Assembly (NCBI GenBank): GCA_951406725.2
Contig: OX597820.1
Coordinates: 120,218,001 to 120,282,000, forward strand
Source: Octopus vulgaris
Taxonomy: Eukaryota
Direction: 5' to 3'
DNA length: 64,000 nt
The notes under the pieces were generated by a model. It saw only the letters and a program-made list of their open reading frames with translations. It searched no databases and was not told the origin of the DNA. Of the stretch, positions 24,999 through 38,296 are shown one piece after another. Position numbers and translations under genes: made by a program. How positions within the stretch are numbered: the first letter of the stretch is position 1; every line of letters starts with the position of its first letter.

Positions 24999-25057
24999 CC
25001 CCCGTCATCAGCTGTCGCTAGAGGAGTCAGGCATGTTTCGAAGGCATAACAGAACAC
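24999..25057 (-). ncRNA. Candidate reverse-permuted hammerhead, copy B
   Basis: Minus strand: GTG-TT-CTGTT .. CCTTC-GAAA-CAT .. GACAG-CTGATGA-CGGGGG. Confidence 0.5.
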
Positions 25058-25131
25058 TAATCCAATAGGCCTTCCTGCGAGAGAATTAAAATAAAATTCC
25101 AAGCAGCGGGGCAAAATGATACGAACACAAA

Positions 25132-25162
<31 letters not shown>

Positions 25163-25339
25163 CATCTGATGTAGGAATAAGTTTTCTAAAAAGATTTTAT
25201 CAATGGCCAGCATATTAAGAAATATCTTTAAAGGTTAAATTTATAAAGAACTTATAAATTATATGGTTATGGACAGTGTGTCTAGTTTCGGCATATTTGG
25301 TATATGAAAAGTTTTTCGTTTGCCCATATTTATAAGTTA

Positions 25340-25422
<83 letters not shown>

Positions 25423-25443
25423 GCATATGTATATATATATGTG

Positions 25444-25492
<49 letters not shown>

Positions 25493-26130
25493 ATGTATGT
25501 ATATATATACCAGATAATCAGAAGATTCTCTCTTCATGCTAATGCAGAAACAAAGATTGTGTATGCTTCCCTGTTTTTTACTGCACAGATACTCGCCAAA
25601 ATTTAGAGGCAAGAATTGATGTTGCTTACACTCGAGAGTGTATAGATATCTTTAATAAAATCATACAAAAATGTGTATTGCAGTTTTCTTGCATAACTAA
25701 TGTCAGTAATGCAATAAATTATGACAGTTGTGCACGTGCTTGAAGCCAAATCTTTTTATATGGGTAGAACTGTAAAATTCAACGGCAAACAATGTTTACG
25801 TTGCTTATTCTGCAAATGTCCAAAAGTGTTGGAAGAACTGAGTAAAAAGTTTCATCTGTACCTATGTCACATCTGGATTCAATTCTGACGCCTTCATAAA
25901 TGCCTCATTGTTTTGTTCAGTACTTCCGAATACTTGTCTGAGGAGACATTTTGATAACGGAGACTGGAGGCATAAACATACAACATTCATGTCACTTTGA
26001 ACGCAGAGGTTTCTAACTACATTCTGTGGTTTTATATTTTAGGTAACAGAAATCACTGTCTGTCAATATGCATACAAATATATACAACACTTCTATATAC
26101 TTATGTATGTAATATATGTAATATATAAAT

Positions 26131-26185
26131 ATTAATCAGCCGAAATTGCGAGGATGATCCGGTTCTTGACTGAAGATTAGAGGCT
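26131..26185 (+). ncRNA. 5'-truncated copy (D) of the 63473-63538 reverse-permuted hammerhead candidate
   Basis: AGCC-GAAA-TTGC..TCTTGA-CTGAAGA..GGCT; the cleavage-site strand is missing. Confidence 0.4.
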
Positions 26186-26281
26186 TCGAATGACCCGTCC
26201 GTTTTTTGTGTCGTCTATTTAAATGTTTTGCGTTCTTGTCCCATTTTGTATTTTAATATATATTTTCTATACATATATATG

Positions 26282-26327
<46 letters not shown>

Positions 26328-26374
26328 GGTGTGTGTGTGTGTGTACATATTGTAATCAAATGACTCTCTTTTTT

Positions 26375-26785
26375 TTTACTTTGTTTTACTTGTTTCAGTC
26401 ATTTGACTGCGGCCATGCTGGAGCACCTTCTTTGGTCGAGCAAATCGACCCTGGGACTTATTCTTTGTAAGCCCAGTACTTATTCTATCGGTTTTTTTTT
26501 GCCGAACCGCTAAGTTACGGGGACGTAAACACACCAGCATCGGTTGTCAAGCAATGCTAGGGGACAAACACAGACACACAAACACACATACATATATATA
26601 TATATATAGAGAGAGATATATACGACAGGCTTCTTTCAGTTTCCGTCTACCAAATCCACTTACAAGGCATTGGTCGGCCCGGGGCTATAGCAGAAGACAC
26701 TTGCCCAAGATGCCACGCAGTGGGACTGAACCCGGAACCATGTTGTTGGTTAGCAAGCTACTTACCACACACCCACTCCTTCGCC
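26375..26785 (-). mobile_element. SINE family A, full length
   Basis: Colinear with family A. Confidence 0.92.
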
Positions 26786-27041
26786 TGACTAAAAACATAC
26801 AGTGAATAATTGTCAGCTTTTTTCTTACGTAACTCTATTAAAAGAATGAAGACATTACTACAATGCAAGGACAATAATCATGAGATGAAACGTAATTTTA
26901 CAAGCAAAAGAATACTCCAAGATTACATCAGAGATGTGGCTGAAGTCTGTCCAAGCCAACTATGAAATAGGAGAGTCACCAACGAATTTGGCCGTTGAGT
27001 TTAAGAATATAGTTCTTGAAAGTGTGTAATATGATGTGTAT

Positions 27042-28472
27042 GGTTAGTGACCCGGGTGCGAAAGGAGTCTGCTATACTAGTTCAGAGGTTCGCTGGAGTG
27101 GACGGTAGGTTATATTTTATTACAGTAGGCCTAGAGCAGTGGGAGGTAAGGAGAGGTCATAATATAAATTAACGATGAAGAAAGAAAGAGTAAATAGAGC
27201 GAAGAAAAATAAAGGCATACAAGACAATTTGGAATAGGGTGCAGACGTCTCTTGTCACGAAGAGTTGAAAGCTCAAGGACGACAATGTTAAATTTGATTT
27301 GGGTCGCTAAACCGTACATAAATAGCAGTCACGTGTACAGGCTTTACTGCCTGAAGTTGTTTGTAAGTTTAAAGGGACCAAATAGTGAAAATCTGCTAAA
27401 TAATAAGTCAGACCTTCTCCTTTCCTGTATACATAAGGCTACCCGAGCGCTTAAATACGTTAACGGCATTTAAGCACCTCTCTAATAGCTATCAGCCTCG
27501 GTCCAATCTAATTTACTCTCGCTTTCGCTGGCCCATTAGTCGATCGATCTACGTATTTATTTATGGGTCTTCTTAATCTAGATTTCCCTGCGCAATTATC
27601 TTTTAACTGCTCTTACTATACTTGTATGCGATGTTATATTGAAGGAACTAACTACACAATACGTGGTGTATCCGGTATTACGCAATGGCGATAGCAACGA
27701 TAGCCAACCTAGAAATAGTAGACTGCATACCCTAGTCAGTTCTTTTCCATTTCTACTAGGTATCTATTTCTTGCATCGAGATACAGTTTTTTGAGATGCG
27801 CTTGTTAAATAATAGATTGTAAACACTATGCGAACCTCTTACTCGCGAATATTGTCTGGAGTTGCTTTCCCTGACGCCCACAATGTGATTATACTATGTA
27901 AGCAAAGGATATCAACACCACCTGTACAGAATTACATATTCTTAATAATTAGACTACTCCCTACTATAGGCATCCTTCGACATCCAATCCACTATTCGCT
28001 CTAACTCTGTACTATGTATAGTTCATTATATAACCTCACCCTTCTTTGAATTCCTTTTTGATAGGTAATTCTTTTACTAAAGCTTCAATTCCATAAAAGT
28101 TAGATTTTATTAGATTGCCATCGTACTCTCCCCCAAACTTCAACCAATATCCACTGAAAACCCCTAAATTCCATGTATCTCTGTTCCCTGCTCTTGGTTA
28201 TTTAGCATTAGCTACAGATTCCTATGACCCAAAACTATGCCTAATTGTTTTGCATGCTTATATTTTTCTTTACCTGTATTTTCACTTTATTTTTCTTTCT
28301 TTCTTTCCTTCTTTCTTTCTCTATTTCTCACTTTCTTTCTCCTTAACTTACATTATGACCTCTCCTTCCTTCCCGCTGTTCTAAGCCTACTATAATAAAA
28401 TATCATCTACAGCCCACTCCATCTACCTATGAACTAGTCTAACCGACCTCTTTCTCACCCTTGTTGATGACC
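27042..28472. mobile_element. Decayed Penelope-like element region bounded by a diverged ~160-bp inverted repeat
   Basis: 27042-27205 is a diverged reverse complement of 28315-28472; contains a GIY-YIG-like C-terminal remnant. Confidence 0.55.
27282..27473 (+). pseudogene. Penelope-type GIY-YIG endonuclease C-terminal remnant
   Basis: IWVAKPYINSSHVYRLYCLKLFV..NLLNNKSDLLLSCIH resembles the PLE motif A.PY.....C.LC..EK..I...LLN.R.E....C.H (both C.LC cysteines read as TAC here). Confidence 0.55.
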
Positions 28473-28478
28473 TTAGAT

Positions 28479-29012
28479 ATCTGGCGGGATTGCAAAGGTG
28501 TAATTCACTTTGAATTGTTACCACCAAATGCAACAACCAATGCTCGAGTCTACTGTCAGGAATTAGAGCGCTTGAACCAAGCTTTGAAGAAAAATGACCC
28601 GCTTTAGTGAATCGAAAAGGAGCGATGTTTTATCAGGACAATGCGCGATCCCACACTGCAAAAATCACATCGCAGAAGATCGAAGAGCTTGGTTGGGAAA
28701 AAATTCCTCATCCACCTTATTTTCCCGATCTTGCTCCTTCAGACTACCATTTGTTTCGCAGTTTACAGAATCATTTGGAGGGCATAAATTTCGCAAGCCA
28801 GGAGGAGGTCGAAACTGACATTTCAGAGTTCTTCGCTTTGAAACCAAAAGAGTTTTACATTCATGGGATTAAAAAGCTTGTAGATAGATGGAAGGAAGTC
28901 ATAGATAATCAAGGAAAGTACATTGATGATTAAATTTCAAATAAATATAACATTTGATCACTTGCTTTCTTTATTATTAAAAAAATCGGACATAACTTAT
29001 GGGATGACCTGA
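28479..29012 (+). mobile_element. Mariner (DD34D) element, 3' half with right TIR
   Basis: IWRDCKGVIHFELLPPN..K*PALVNRKGAMFYQDNARSH..HPPYFPDLAPSDYHLFRSL..RWKEVIDNQGKYIDD*; ends CATAACTTATGGGATGACCTGA|TA. Confidence 0.93.
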
Positions 29013-29032
29013 TACATACATACATACATACA

Positions 29033-29067
<35 letters not shown>

Positions 29068-29269
29068 TCACATACATACACACAAAGACACACTCACACA
29101 CATATATCTATATTATATATGTAACCGTGTTTATAAGATTCTAAACGTGCACACATACATATATGCATAATAATACATACATAATTACAATATGCATCCT
29201 TCAACACAGGAATATCAATCCAAGAGATTATTCAACGAAAGAATTAGAGAATGAACGAATGATGGAGAG

Positions 29270-29600
29270 AAAGTATTTCCAAATCAGAAAGTGCCAAATC
29301 ACAAAATCAAGCCATTACAAGACAGTTAACTTACAGAATCGTGAAATTACAGAATCTACGAATCGCTAACTCATACAAAATCACTAAATCTCAGAAATCC
29401 ACATTTCACGAAATTACAAAGTCATAGAATCAGAGAATAATTGAATCATCGAATAACGGAATTCAACAATCAGAAAATCACACACAGATTCCTATACATA
29501 CATATATTTCTCAAAATCATTGAATCATAGAATCAGGGAAATGCAGGAATGCAAAATTACACAGTCGCAAAATTGAACAACCACCTAATCACTGAATATT
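29270..29600. repeat. Degenerate ~8-bp minisatellite (ACAGAATC-like)
   Basis: Recurrent ACAAAATC/ACAGAATC/ATAGAATC/ACTAAATC/ATTGAATC units. Confidence 0.55.
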
Positions 29601-30192
29601 TGAAAGAGTTCGAAACCATTTCGGAATAAAGTACAACTCTTTTTCTATTTGTTTTTTGGTTTTTTCATCTCCATTCGCCATTCCATTTTCAATCCTTGTT
29701 CAACTATTTTTTTCCTTTACATTTTGTCATGTTATTAATATTTTTATTTATTTTGTTTTATTTGTTTAACTGAGGAATTTTATCGTTTTCGACAAACGAA
29801 ATGGCAACCTTCTATCTCATTGGCCGAGAGTGAAAGAGAGAGGAGATACAGAAGGATTGATACACGAAGAGAGACAGTGGGAGGGAAATATTCAAAATTT
29901 AGTTATTCTTCCAGTGATTAATATATATTGCTCTACGGCTTGTGGTTAATTTCTTTACCGTTCGGATGACTCAGTCAGCAAAAACCGCACACACGTGTGT
30001 GCTTGTGTGTATGTGCACATACTCATACGCTCATGTAATGTGTGCAAATATCTCTGTGTCTGTGTACGTGTGTATGTTGATGTCAGCAACATAAAGGAAA
30101 CAAAGAAAGTAACAAGTGGAAAAAAGAAAGAAATATGTAAATGTGTAGTTACTGGCGACAAAGGAAGGTCAGTAGAAAATAGAAAATAGAAA

Positions 30193-30264
<72 letters not shown>

Positions 30265-30868
30265 ATGAATTAGAGAAGGGGTCGAGAGTGAGAGAAGTAG
30301 GAGTCAATGAGAGTGTGAAATAATGCATTGATTAAAATGAATAGAAATAGAATATGTGCATATTTGATGTGTTGGCAACGAATAACTCTGAAATGTGGAT
30401 TCGAAATACATCATCCAGATATTTTTAACAGTATGTATGTGCAGCACAACAAGAATGGCTTGGGGTGCCGAACGGCCAAGTGGTTAGATATGCATTACAA
30501 CCACGGGATTGTGGGTTCGATCACACGCTGTTGCATCTTGAATAAATATTTTTCTTGCTTTATCTTTAACCTCCAATAGATGATCTCTGAGCGAACTCAG
30601 GAAGAAAGAAAGTACAGAAATCCGTTAGGTGGGCTGTGTGGTAAATGAAGAGGTCCACACAATACATGATTCATACTACGTGACACTGGTCTAGGTTACG
30701 TTGGGTGACTCTGTGGAGTCCTCAACCTGTGACACATTAATTTCAGCGGGAGGAAATTTGGCTGAGCGTACAAGTGAATCCTCATCGTGAAATTATGAGA
30801 AGCAATACAAAATCTCGTAATGAGATAAAAAATCAAGGGTGTGTATATTTTAGAACATTTATAAACAG

Positions 30869-30916
30869 GTCTTGCAGCTGTTTCTAGGATATTTATTATA
30901 TCCCTTCATCGGAGAC
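30869..30916 (-). ncRNA. Minimal type I hammerhead motif, core CCGATGA (same family as 10137)
   Basis: Minus strand: GTCT-CCGATGA-A-GGGATAT..ATATCCT-A-GAAA-CAGCTG-CA-AGAC; flanks also homologous to 10118-10200. Confidence 0.6.
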
Positions 30917-30995
30917 GGGGTGAGAAGATGGTTAAGCAATAGTTAAATTAGATAAGATACGAAATAGAGAGGGAGGTGTAAGCATGAATACATAC

Positions 30996-31042
<47 letters not shown>

Positions 31043-32062
31043 CATGCATGTATGTATGTATGTATGTATGAGTAGATTTAGTAGACGGAAACCAAAAGGA
31101 CTCCGCCGTATATATATACATATCTACGTGTATATTTGACTGTTTCCTAACACCACTTAACAACCGGTGATGGTGTGTTTCATCTCCCTGACTTTGCGGT
31201 TCACACTACATTCCTTGTCTTCCCTTCCACTCTTTTATTATTCTTATTTTAGTTTCCGTTGTTTAAGCTTTAAGCTCTCTAGGCACACACATTGTGACCT
31301 CTTCAACGACTCTCCATTCCTCGTGTCTCCTCCTTTTCTCTTTAGTCTATTCTCTCTTTCTGCGCTATGTATCCTTATCTGCATAAGCATTTGCCGCTCT
31401 ATCTATGTGAGCTTGTGTGTGTTTGTGTGAACGTGTCTGTTCGTATATATGGGTTTGCTTAAAACAATGATGTACATTTATTTACATATGTTTTTATTCG
31501 TTTACATATTTACTTATCTATGTATTTATTTTGCGTCTTTAATATGTGTAAGTGTATTTTGTATGTGCGTATATGACTTTATATATGACACTGATTGTGT
31601 ATATTTCCCTTTTCTCCTCATTCTGTCTTTAAGTCGTCATGTTGTGCAGTGAGGTGGAGTGGAGGGAGGTTATTGTTCCATTCATGTTTTCTGTTGAGGC
31701 TCAGTCTGTCTGTTGCAATACATACGGCTTCTGTAACCTCTCTAAATGTCGTGTCTCTCCTACGTGTTGATAGTATCTTAACATGTATACGTTGTATATA
31801 TGCCTGTATACATAAATACATATATTTATGAGCTTGAAGCTTGTAGAGATCACTATGCAAGTAACTAAGAAAAGTTTTCCTTAGTTATTTGCACGGTGGT
31901 TGCTATGAGCTTTAAGCTTATAAAAAATACCATTATTATTATTTACAGAATTGTAAAAACTCGACACCGCTTAGCAAAATCATATACATACATACACATT
32001 CGAATATATATATATATATATATGTATATATTAGAAGGTTTGGAGATGATGTACAGGTATTT

Positions 32063-32504
32063 TATATTAGAAGAAATGAGGTACTCAGAAATTCGAATGG
32101 TTTTATATTTACAGATATTTATTTGTATATTACATCATTTCATACATCATATAACTTATATCATATATCATATATAATAGCGCTTTCGTCTATTCTGGTG
32201 GATTTTTCAAATGGACCTAAGTTCTTGTGGAAACATTTTGACCATTTTATAGTGTTATTGAGTGTGTAGTGGTGGGGAGGGATAGAAGATAGTACAAGAG
32301 GGTGAAGAATGAGAGTAAAGTGAGGGGAGAGAGCATGTGTGTGTGTGTGTGTGTGAACTTAGTTCCATTTGAAAAATCTACCAGAATGGACGAGAGCGCT
32401 AATATATGATATATGATATAATTTATATGATGTATAAAAACATGTAATATACAAATAAATATCTGTAAATATAAAACCATCCGAATTTCTGAGTACCTCA
32501 TATC

Positions 32505-32514
<10 letters not shown>
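32063..32514. repeat. ~160-bp inverted repeat (32063-32224 / 32355-32514) flanked by (TA)n
   Basis: Both arms translate [20 protein letters not shown] on opposite strands; the nucleotide match runs to TTTTTCAAATGGA.CTAAGTTC. Confidence 0.9.
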
Positions 32515-32550
<36 letters not shown>

Positions 32551-32561
32551 TATATACATAC

Positions 32562-32594
<33 letters not shown>

Positions 32595-33137
32595 CATATA
32601 TATATACATACATGCATGCATGCATACATACATACATACATACATACATACATACATACATACATACATACATACATACATACATACCCATGTATGTGTT
32701 TCTATAGACTGACGACAAGCTCACATTTAAATATTTTATTATTCCTCAATATGTCTCCGAAATTCCCGTACAATTGCATTGAAGAAAGCTTATTAATTGT
32801 TGCTCTTTGATGAACTTATCTTTAATTATTCGCAAAGTGTCCTAGCATTAATTTCGATATGAGAAAGACACGGTAGAAATGGAGTTTCTTTGTTGAGCGT
32901 TGTTAATCGATCATTTCGAATATACGCACTCAATATTGGATATTACTCTACTTTCATTTAGCTGAGTATAACATGAACGACGTACTCTCGCTTTATTTCT
33001 TAAGAAAATATTCAAGTTGTGAAAACATTCAAACTTCATACTGCTCTATGAATGAAAATTTCAATGATTCATTCAATAAAAGTAATATTAAACATTTAGT
33101 ATGAAACTGTTCTCCATGTGTCCTCATGTTCCCCATT

Positions 33138-33447
33138 TGGTGGGGGCACATGGCTTAGTGGTTAGAGCAGCGGACTCGCGGTCGAGATTGCGCGGGTTCG
33201 AATCTCAGACCGGGCGGTGTGTGTGTTAATGAGTAAAACACCTAAGCTCCACGCTGCTCAGGCAGAAAGTAATGGCGAACCTCTGCTGACTCTTTCGCCA
33301 CAACTTTCTCTCACTCTTTCCTCCTGCATCTTGCAGCTCACCTGTGACGGACCGGCGTCCCGTCCAGGTGGGGAACCTATACGCCAAGGAAACCGGGAAA
33401 CCGGCCCTTATGAGCCAGGCATGGCTCGAGAAGGAACAAACAACATA
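33138..33447 (+). mobile_element. SINE family C2: C1-type tRNA-Arg head and core with a different 3' tail
   Basis: Matches C1 up to CAACTTTCTCTCACTCTT, then CTGTGACGGACCGGCGTCCCGTCCAGG..GAGCCAGGCATGGCTCGAGAAGGAAC; TSD CATGTTC(C/T)CCAT. Confidence 0.85.
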
Positions 33448-33614
33448 ACATGTTCTCCATGAGTTATTCTATTTCCCAGTTGATGTGTCTCTGTTACGGT
33501 GAAAACTAAACGTTTTGAACGAAGACATCCAACGAAAATCAACTTAAAATTTCCCGTCTTTTGGAACATATCGCGCTTTGATCATTTGTTTCATTCCTTT
33601 CATTTTATCAACGA

Positions 33615-34002
33615 CTAGCACTATCGCCCGGCGTTGCTCGGATTTGTAAGGGAAATAACTATAAAGCATGTTTAGAGAGTTATAGCCAAAAAATAGCAAA
33701 AAAAATGCATTAAAATGGAAAAAATATGATGGTAATTTTTTTTTAAATCCTTGACTCATCGTAGACATTTTTAGAGAGTTACTTCCCTTTACAAAAATAT
33801 GCATTAAAATGGAAAAAACGATGGTAAATTATTTTTTAAATCGTAGACTTATCGTAGATGCGCGCTAATACCCAGAAGGGCTCGATATGAATCACGACTA
33901 TAAGATACCCGGTTTTGTTTAAACTGCACCGCAAAATGTGGGAGTAGTTAGGAATCTAAATCGGAGTAGACAGACACAAAACCTTACTTTTATATATAAA
34001 TA
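33615..34002 (-). mobile_element. Non-autonomous Helitron, copy 3
   Basis: CTAG end with hairpin at 33615-33645; colinear with copies 2 and 4. Confidence 0.85.
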
Positions 34003-34116
34003 TATAACAGTTAAACGTCATCGTACGTTCGTTAATTACATATATATTGTCCTCCAGAAGTTTTACTGCTTTATCAGGTTACCGAAACATGAGATGGGAA
34101 ATGAAATTCTGAACAT

Positions 34117-34555
34117 CTCTTTTACTCGTTTCAGTCCTTTGACTGTGGCCATGATGAAGCACCGCCTTTTAGTCGAGCAGATCGACCCCAGGACTTATTC
34201 GTTGTAAGCCTCCGCTAAGTTACGGGGACGTAAACACACCCGCATCGTTTGTCAAGCGATGTTGGGGGGACAAACACAGACACACAAACATATACACACA
34301 CACACACACATACATGCATATATATATATTATATCTATTTTGCCTGCAAGGGGCTAAACATAGAGGGGACAAACAAGGAGAGACAAACGGATTAAGTCGA
34401 TTACATCGACCCCAGTGCGTAACTGGTACTTAATTTATCGAACCCGAAACGATGAAAGGCAAAGTCGACCTCGGCGGAATTTGAACTCAGAACGTACCGG
34501 CAGACGAAATACGGCTACGTATTTCGCCTGGCGTGCTAACGTTTCTGCCAGCCCG

Positions 34556-34638
<83 letters not shown>

Positions 34639-34646
34639 AATATATG

Positions 34647-34727
<81 letters not shown>

Positions 34728-34878
34728 GATGGGCTTCTTTCAGTTTCCGTCTACCAAATCCACTCACATGGCTTCGGTCGGCCCGAGGCTTTAATAAAAG
34801 ACACCTGCCCAAGATGCCACGCAGTGGGACTGAACCTGGAACAATGTGCTTCGTAAGCAAAACAGTCACTCCTACGCC
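34117..34878 (-). mobile_element. SINE family A split by a SINE B insertion and a (TA)n expansion
   Basis: Tail half 34117-34310, head half 34722-34878. Confidence 0.85.
34333..34559 (-). mobile_element. SINE family B nested in the SINE A microsatellite
   Basis: Colinear with 3838-4068. Confidence 0.9.
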
Positions 34879-35080
34879 TATTAACTTAAACATCACTCTA
34901 TGTTTTCTAATACGAATTAATAGAGATAACCAATAAAATGACATTTCTTTGCATATATACAATGCCGTATATTAATCTTTAAGACAATTCTAACATCCAT
35001 GTTGTTTTGTTTTGTGCAATGAATAATTACAACAACCACCTCTTTATTTATACAAAATCAGTACAAATATTACCTACATA

Positions 35081-35982
35081 GGCGCAGGAGTGGCTGTGTG
35101 GTAAGTAGCTTGCTTACCAACCACATGGTTCTGGATTCAGTCCAACTGCGTGGTACTTTGGGCAAGTGTCTTCTACTATAGCCTTAGGCCGACCAAAGCC
35201 TTGTGAGTGGATTTGGTAGACGGAAACTGAAAGTGTGTATATGTATGTATATATATATATATATATATATTTATATGCGCAGGAGTGGCTGTGTCGTAAG
35301 TAGCTTGTTTACCAACCACATGGTTCTGGGTTCAGTCCCACTAGGAGTGGCTGTGTGGTAAGTAGCTTGTTTACCAACCACATGGTTCCTGGTTCAGTCC
35401 CACTGCGTGGCACCTTGGGCAAAGTGTCTTCTAATATATCCTCGGGCTGACCAAAGCCTTGTGAGTGGATTTGGTTGACGGAAACTGAAAGAAGCCCGTC
35501 GTATATATGTATATATGTATATATATATATATATATATGTATGCGTGTGTGTGTTTGTCCCCCTAGCATTGCTTGACAACCGATGCTGGTGCGTTTATGT
35601 CCCCGTTACTTAGCGGTTCGGCAAAAGAGACCGATAGAATAAGTACTGTGCTTACAAAAGACTAAGTCCCGGGGTCAAGTTGCTCGATTAAAGGCGGTGC
35701 TCCAGCATGGCCGCAGTCAAATGACTGAAACAAGTAAAAGAGTAAAAGAGTATATGTATATGTCGAAGTGTTTGTGCGTCTGTGTTTGTCCCACCACCAA
35801 CAACGCTTGACAACCGATGCTGATGTGTTTATGTCCCCGTAACTTAGTGGTTCGGCAAAAAAAGACGGATAGAATAAGTACTAGGCTTACAAAGAATAAG
35901 TCCTGGGGTCAATTTGCTCGACTAAAGGCGATGCTCCAGCATGGCCGCAGTCAAATGACTGAAACAAGTAAAACAGTAAAAC
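35081..35982 (+). mobile_element. SINE family A split by a second family A copy
   Basis: Head half 35081-35234, tail half ~35765-35982. Confidence 0.85.
35277..35751 (+). mobile_element. SINE family A with tandemly duplicated head, nested in another A copy
   Basis: AGGAGTGGCTGTGT..GGTTCAGTCCCACT occurs at 35281 and again at 35343, then the full body and tail. Confidence 0.88.
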
Positions 35983-37736
35983 AGTTTTCTCCGGGAGAGA
36001 TAGCATTATATTAATGACAACCCACATAATTGATGAAATACCTTATTTGGGATGCTGAACTATGAGACTTCCTCCTCAATAATGAATCAAAATTACGAAG
36101 ATGTCGCCACTATTGTAAAAAGAACATCCTTGGCAAACGCAATAAAAGTTATTTGTGCCGATAAGTAGAGTTTCACACCTGTTAAGTTGCCATGTTAATC
36201 GTCTTGTCAAAACGATAGTAGGTGTATCCTTAGCGCAATATCATTATTTACAACAAAATTTCTGTTAAAAGCATTTACTGTTAAAAGAATTAACAAACAG
36301 CTCTGTTCCACTGGATTAATGGATATATTTTAAACACCATTGTCTGCTATACAATGAACCCACTTTAAAGCTGTTATTACGATACTCTGATATAGCACAA
36401 GGTATAATGTCGCAATAATATTTCTTTACAGGTTATATTGACAGTGTTGCTAGTTTTGACTAAAATTTGAGCTTATTAAGCATTATGGCCCAATGAAACA
36501 ATAATAGATGAAAGTGAATGTTTAAGTTCTATCGCTATGGCAGGTAGAATATCATAAGAAGGTTAGAGCATTGCTAAAATTGCAAAATATTCCACATCGG
36601 ATTGTATGCGATGCATGGATCCTAATATAAAATCTGTTGCCATTTCTGTAAGAAATCATCCTCACAGATGTTTAGACATGGAGTTATTTATATATTTTGT
36701 GTGGTTGGCGAGAATTTTGAAAAGAAATTAATCTTCGAACCAAGTAGTGATTAATTTTTTTGTAATGCCATGTGTTTCAGATCGGCTTATATTGAAAGAT
36801 ATTTACCAAAGACAATTTTAAAACGTTTTCAAGTGTTACTATATTTTAGAGGAATGATATCTTTACAAATTCAGAAAGAATTCGTTTAGTTGGGGAGCTT
36901 GAAATACGTTAGCAGAAATCATCAGCGTTCGATGTCTATATGTTTCCGGTTTTTTTATTCTCTTTTCTCTGCTTCATTTGTTTGGAAGATCTGTACAAGT
37001 AACGAAAAAAGAGCAGAGGAGATATCTTCAATTCAAATATAAAATCTAGAGTTAAACTAGAAGAAGCAAAAAAAAAGAGGAAACTTGATGTTTCTTTTTC
37101 TGTGAATTACTGGAACGGTTATTAGGTGTATTGTTGGTGTTGATGTTATTCTTCCAGATACGATTGCTTGACCAAGTATTATGTCTCGTGATGAGTTACG
37201 TGCATTCTTGAAGGTTTGCATGTGAAGTTGTGTATAAATGTGTGTAAATGTGCATGCGCATTTGTAAGCGTTTCTGCCAGTGCTTTGTGTGTTTATGAGT
37301 TTCTAGTATGTGGGTGTGTGTGATTCGTTGTGTTCGTCATATAAATTGAAAACAACAAATATAAAAAGACTATATTTTCTCGGCAGAAATCTTTTTCAAC
37401 GATGACTCATTCATGGAAAACGCAGTACTTTACGTTTTCCATTTAATTAAGGGTTTCTATTCAAAGTGGCATACTGAAGGAGTGGATCACTAAAACACGG
37501 CCAAGAAATAAAAGAAATTAATGAAGAATAAATAAAAGAAATAACCTTGACGAGAAAAGAGCAAGATAGAAAGACTTTGAGGCAAGAGAGAAGAAGGTTT
37601 TCAAGCAATCAGTCGTGGAAATAAAATAATATCTTGGAATGAGAGAGGAAAAATAAAATACAAGGCATAGAAGAAGAAATTGTGAAAATGATACTGAGAA
37701 GAAGAAAGTATGATTAAGAAATATGCATTGTGATAC

Positions 37737-37789
<53 letters not shown>

Positions 37790-38296
37790 TAGCGAGGGAG
37801 AGAGAAAGGGAAAAGTCCCCAAAGGTATCTCTCTGAGAGATAGAAGGGTAAATGCTTTCAAAATCTGTTGTAGAATAAAGCGGGGAAGCAGAGATATAAA
37901 GAACGAATATAAAAAAATGAAGAAAAATCTAAATCACATGATTTAACAAAGATACTAAACTAAAGAATGAAACGTTACCAAAAGGTTTGTGGCGAATGTG
38001 AAATTTTGGTCTGAATTTTAATTTTACACTAAATTTCAATTTCAAAGATCGCAAGCGAGGAAATTCTGAAATATTTCTTCGGGCTGAGATTAATTTCAAC
38101 AAATAATTTAATTTAACTCTTTCTCAGTCAACTAAATGGATTACTAAGTTTGTGTATATTTGTCTTATTTTTGGCTTTTCGTATTCTTTTTATTCTGGGT
38201 TATTTGCAATTCATTACTGCTGCCATGATACCATCGGTTGGCAAAGGTCAGGAAGCAGATTTTGTTTTAAATATTTATTTCATGTTCTTTTAAATT

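Noticed and set aside
31900-31977. TTGCTA..GAG..CTC-GACA-CCGC-T-TAGCAA hammerhead relic
   Set aside because: Most of the CUGANGA core is missing and GAAA is mutated.
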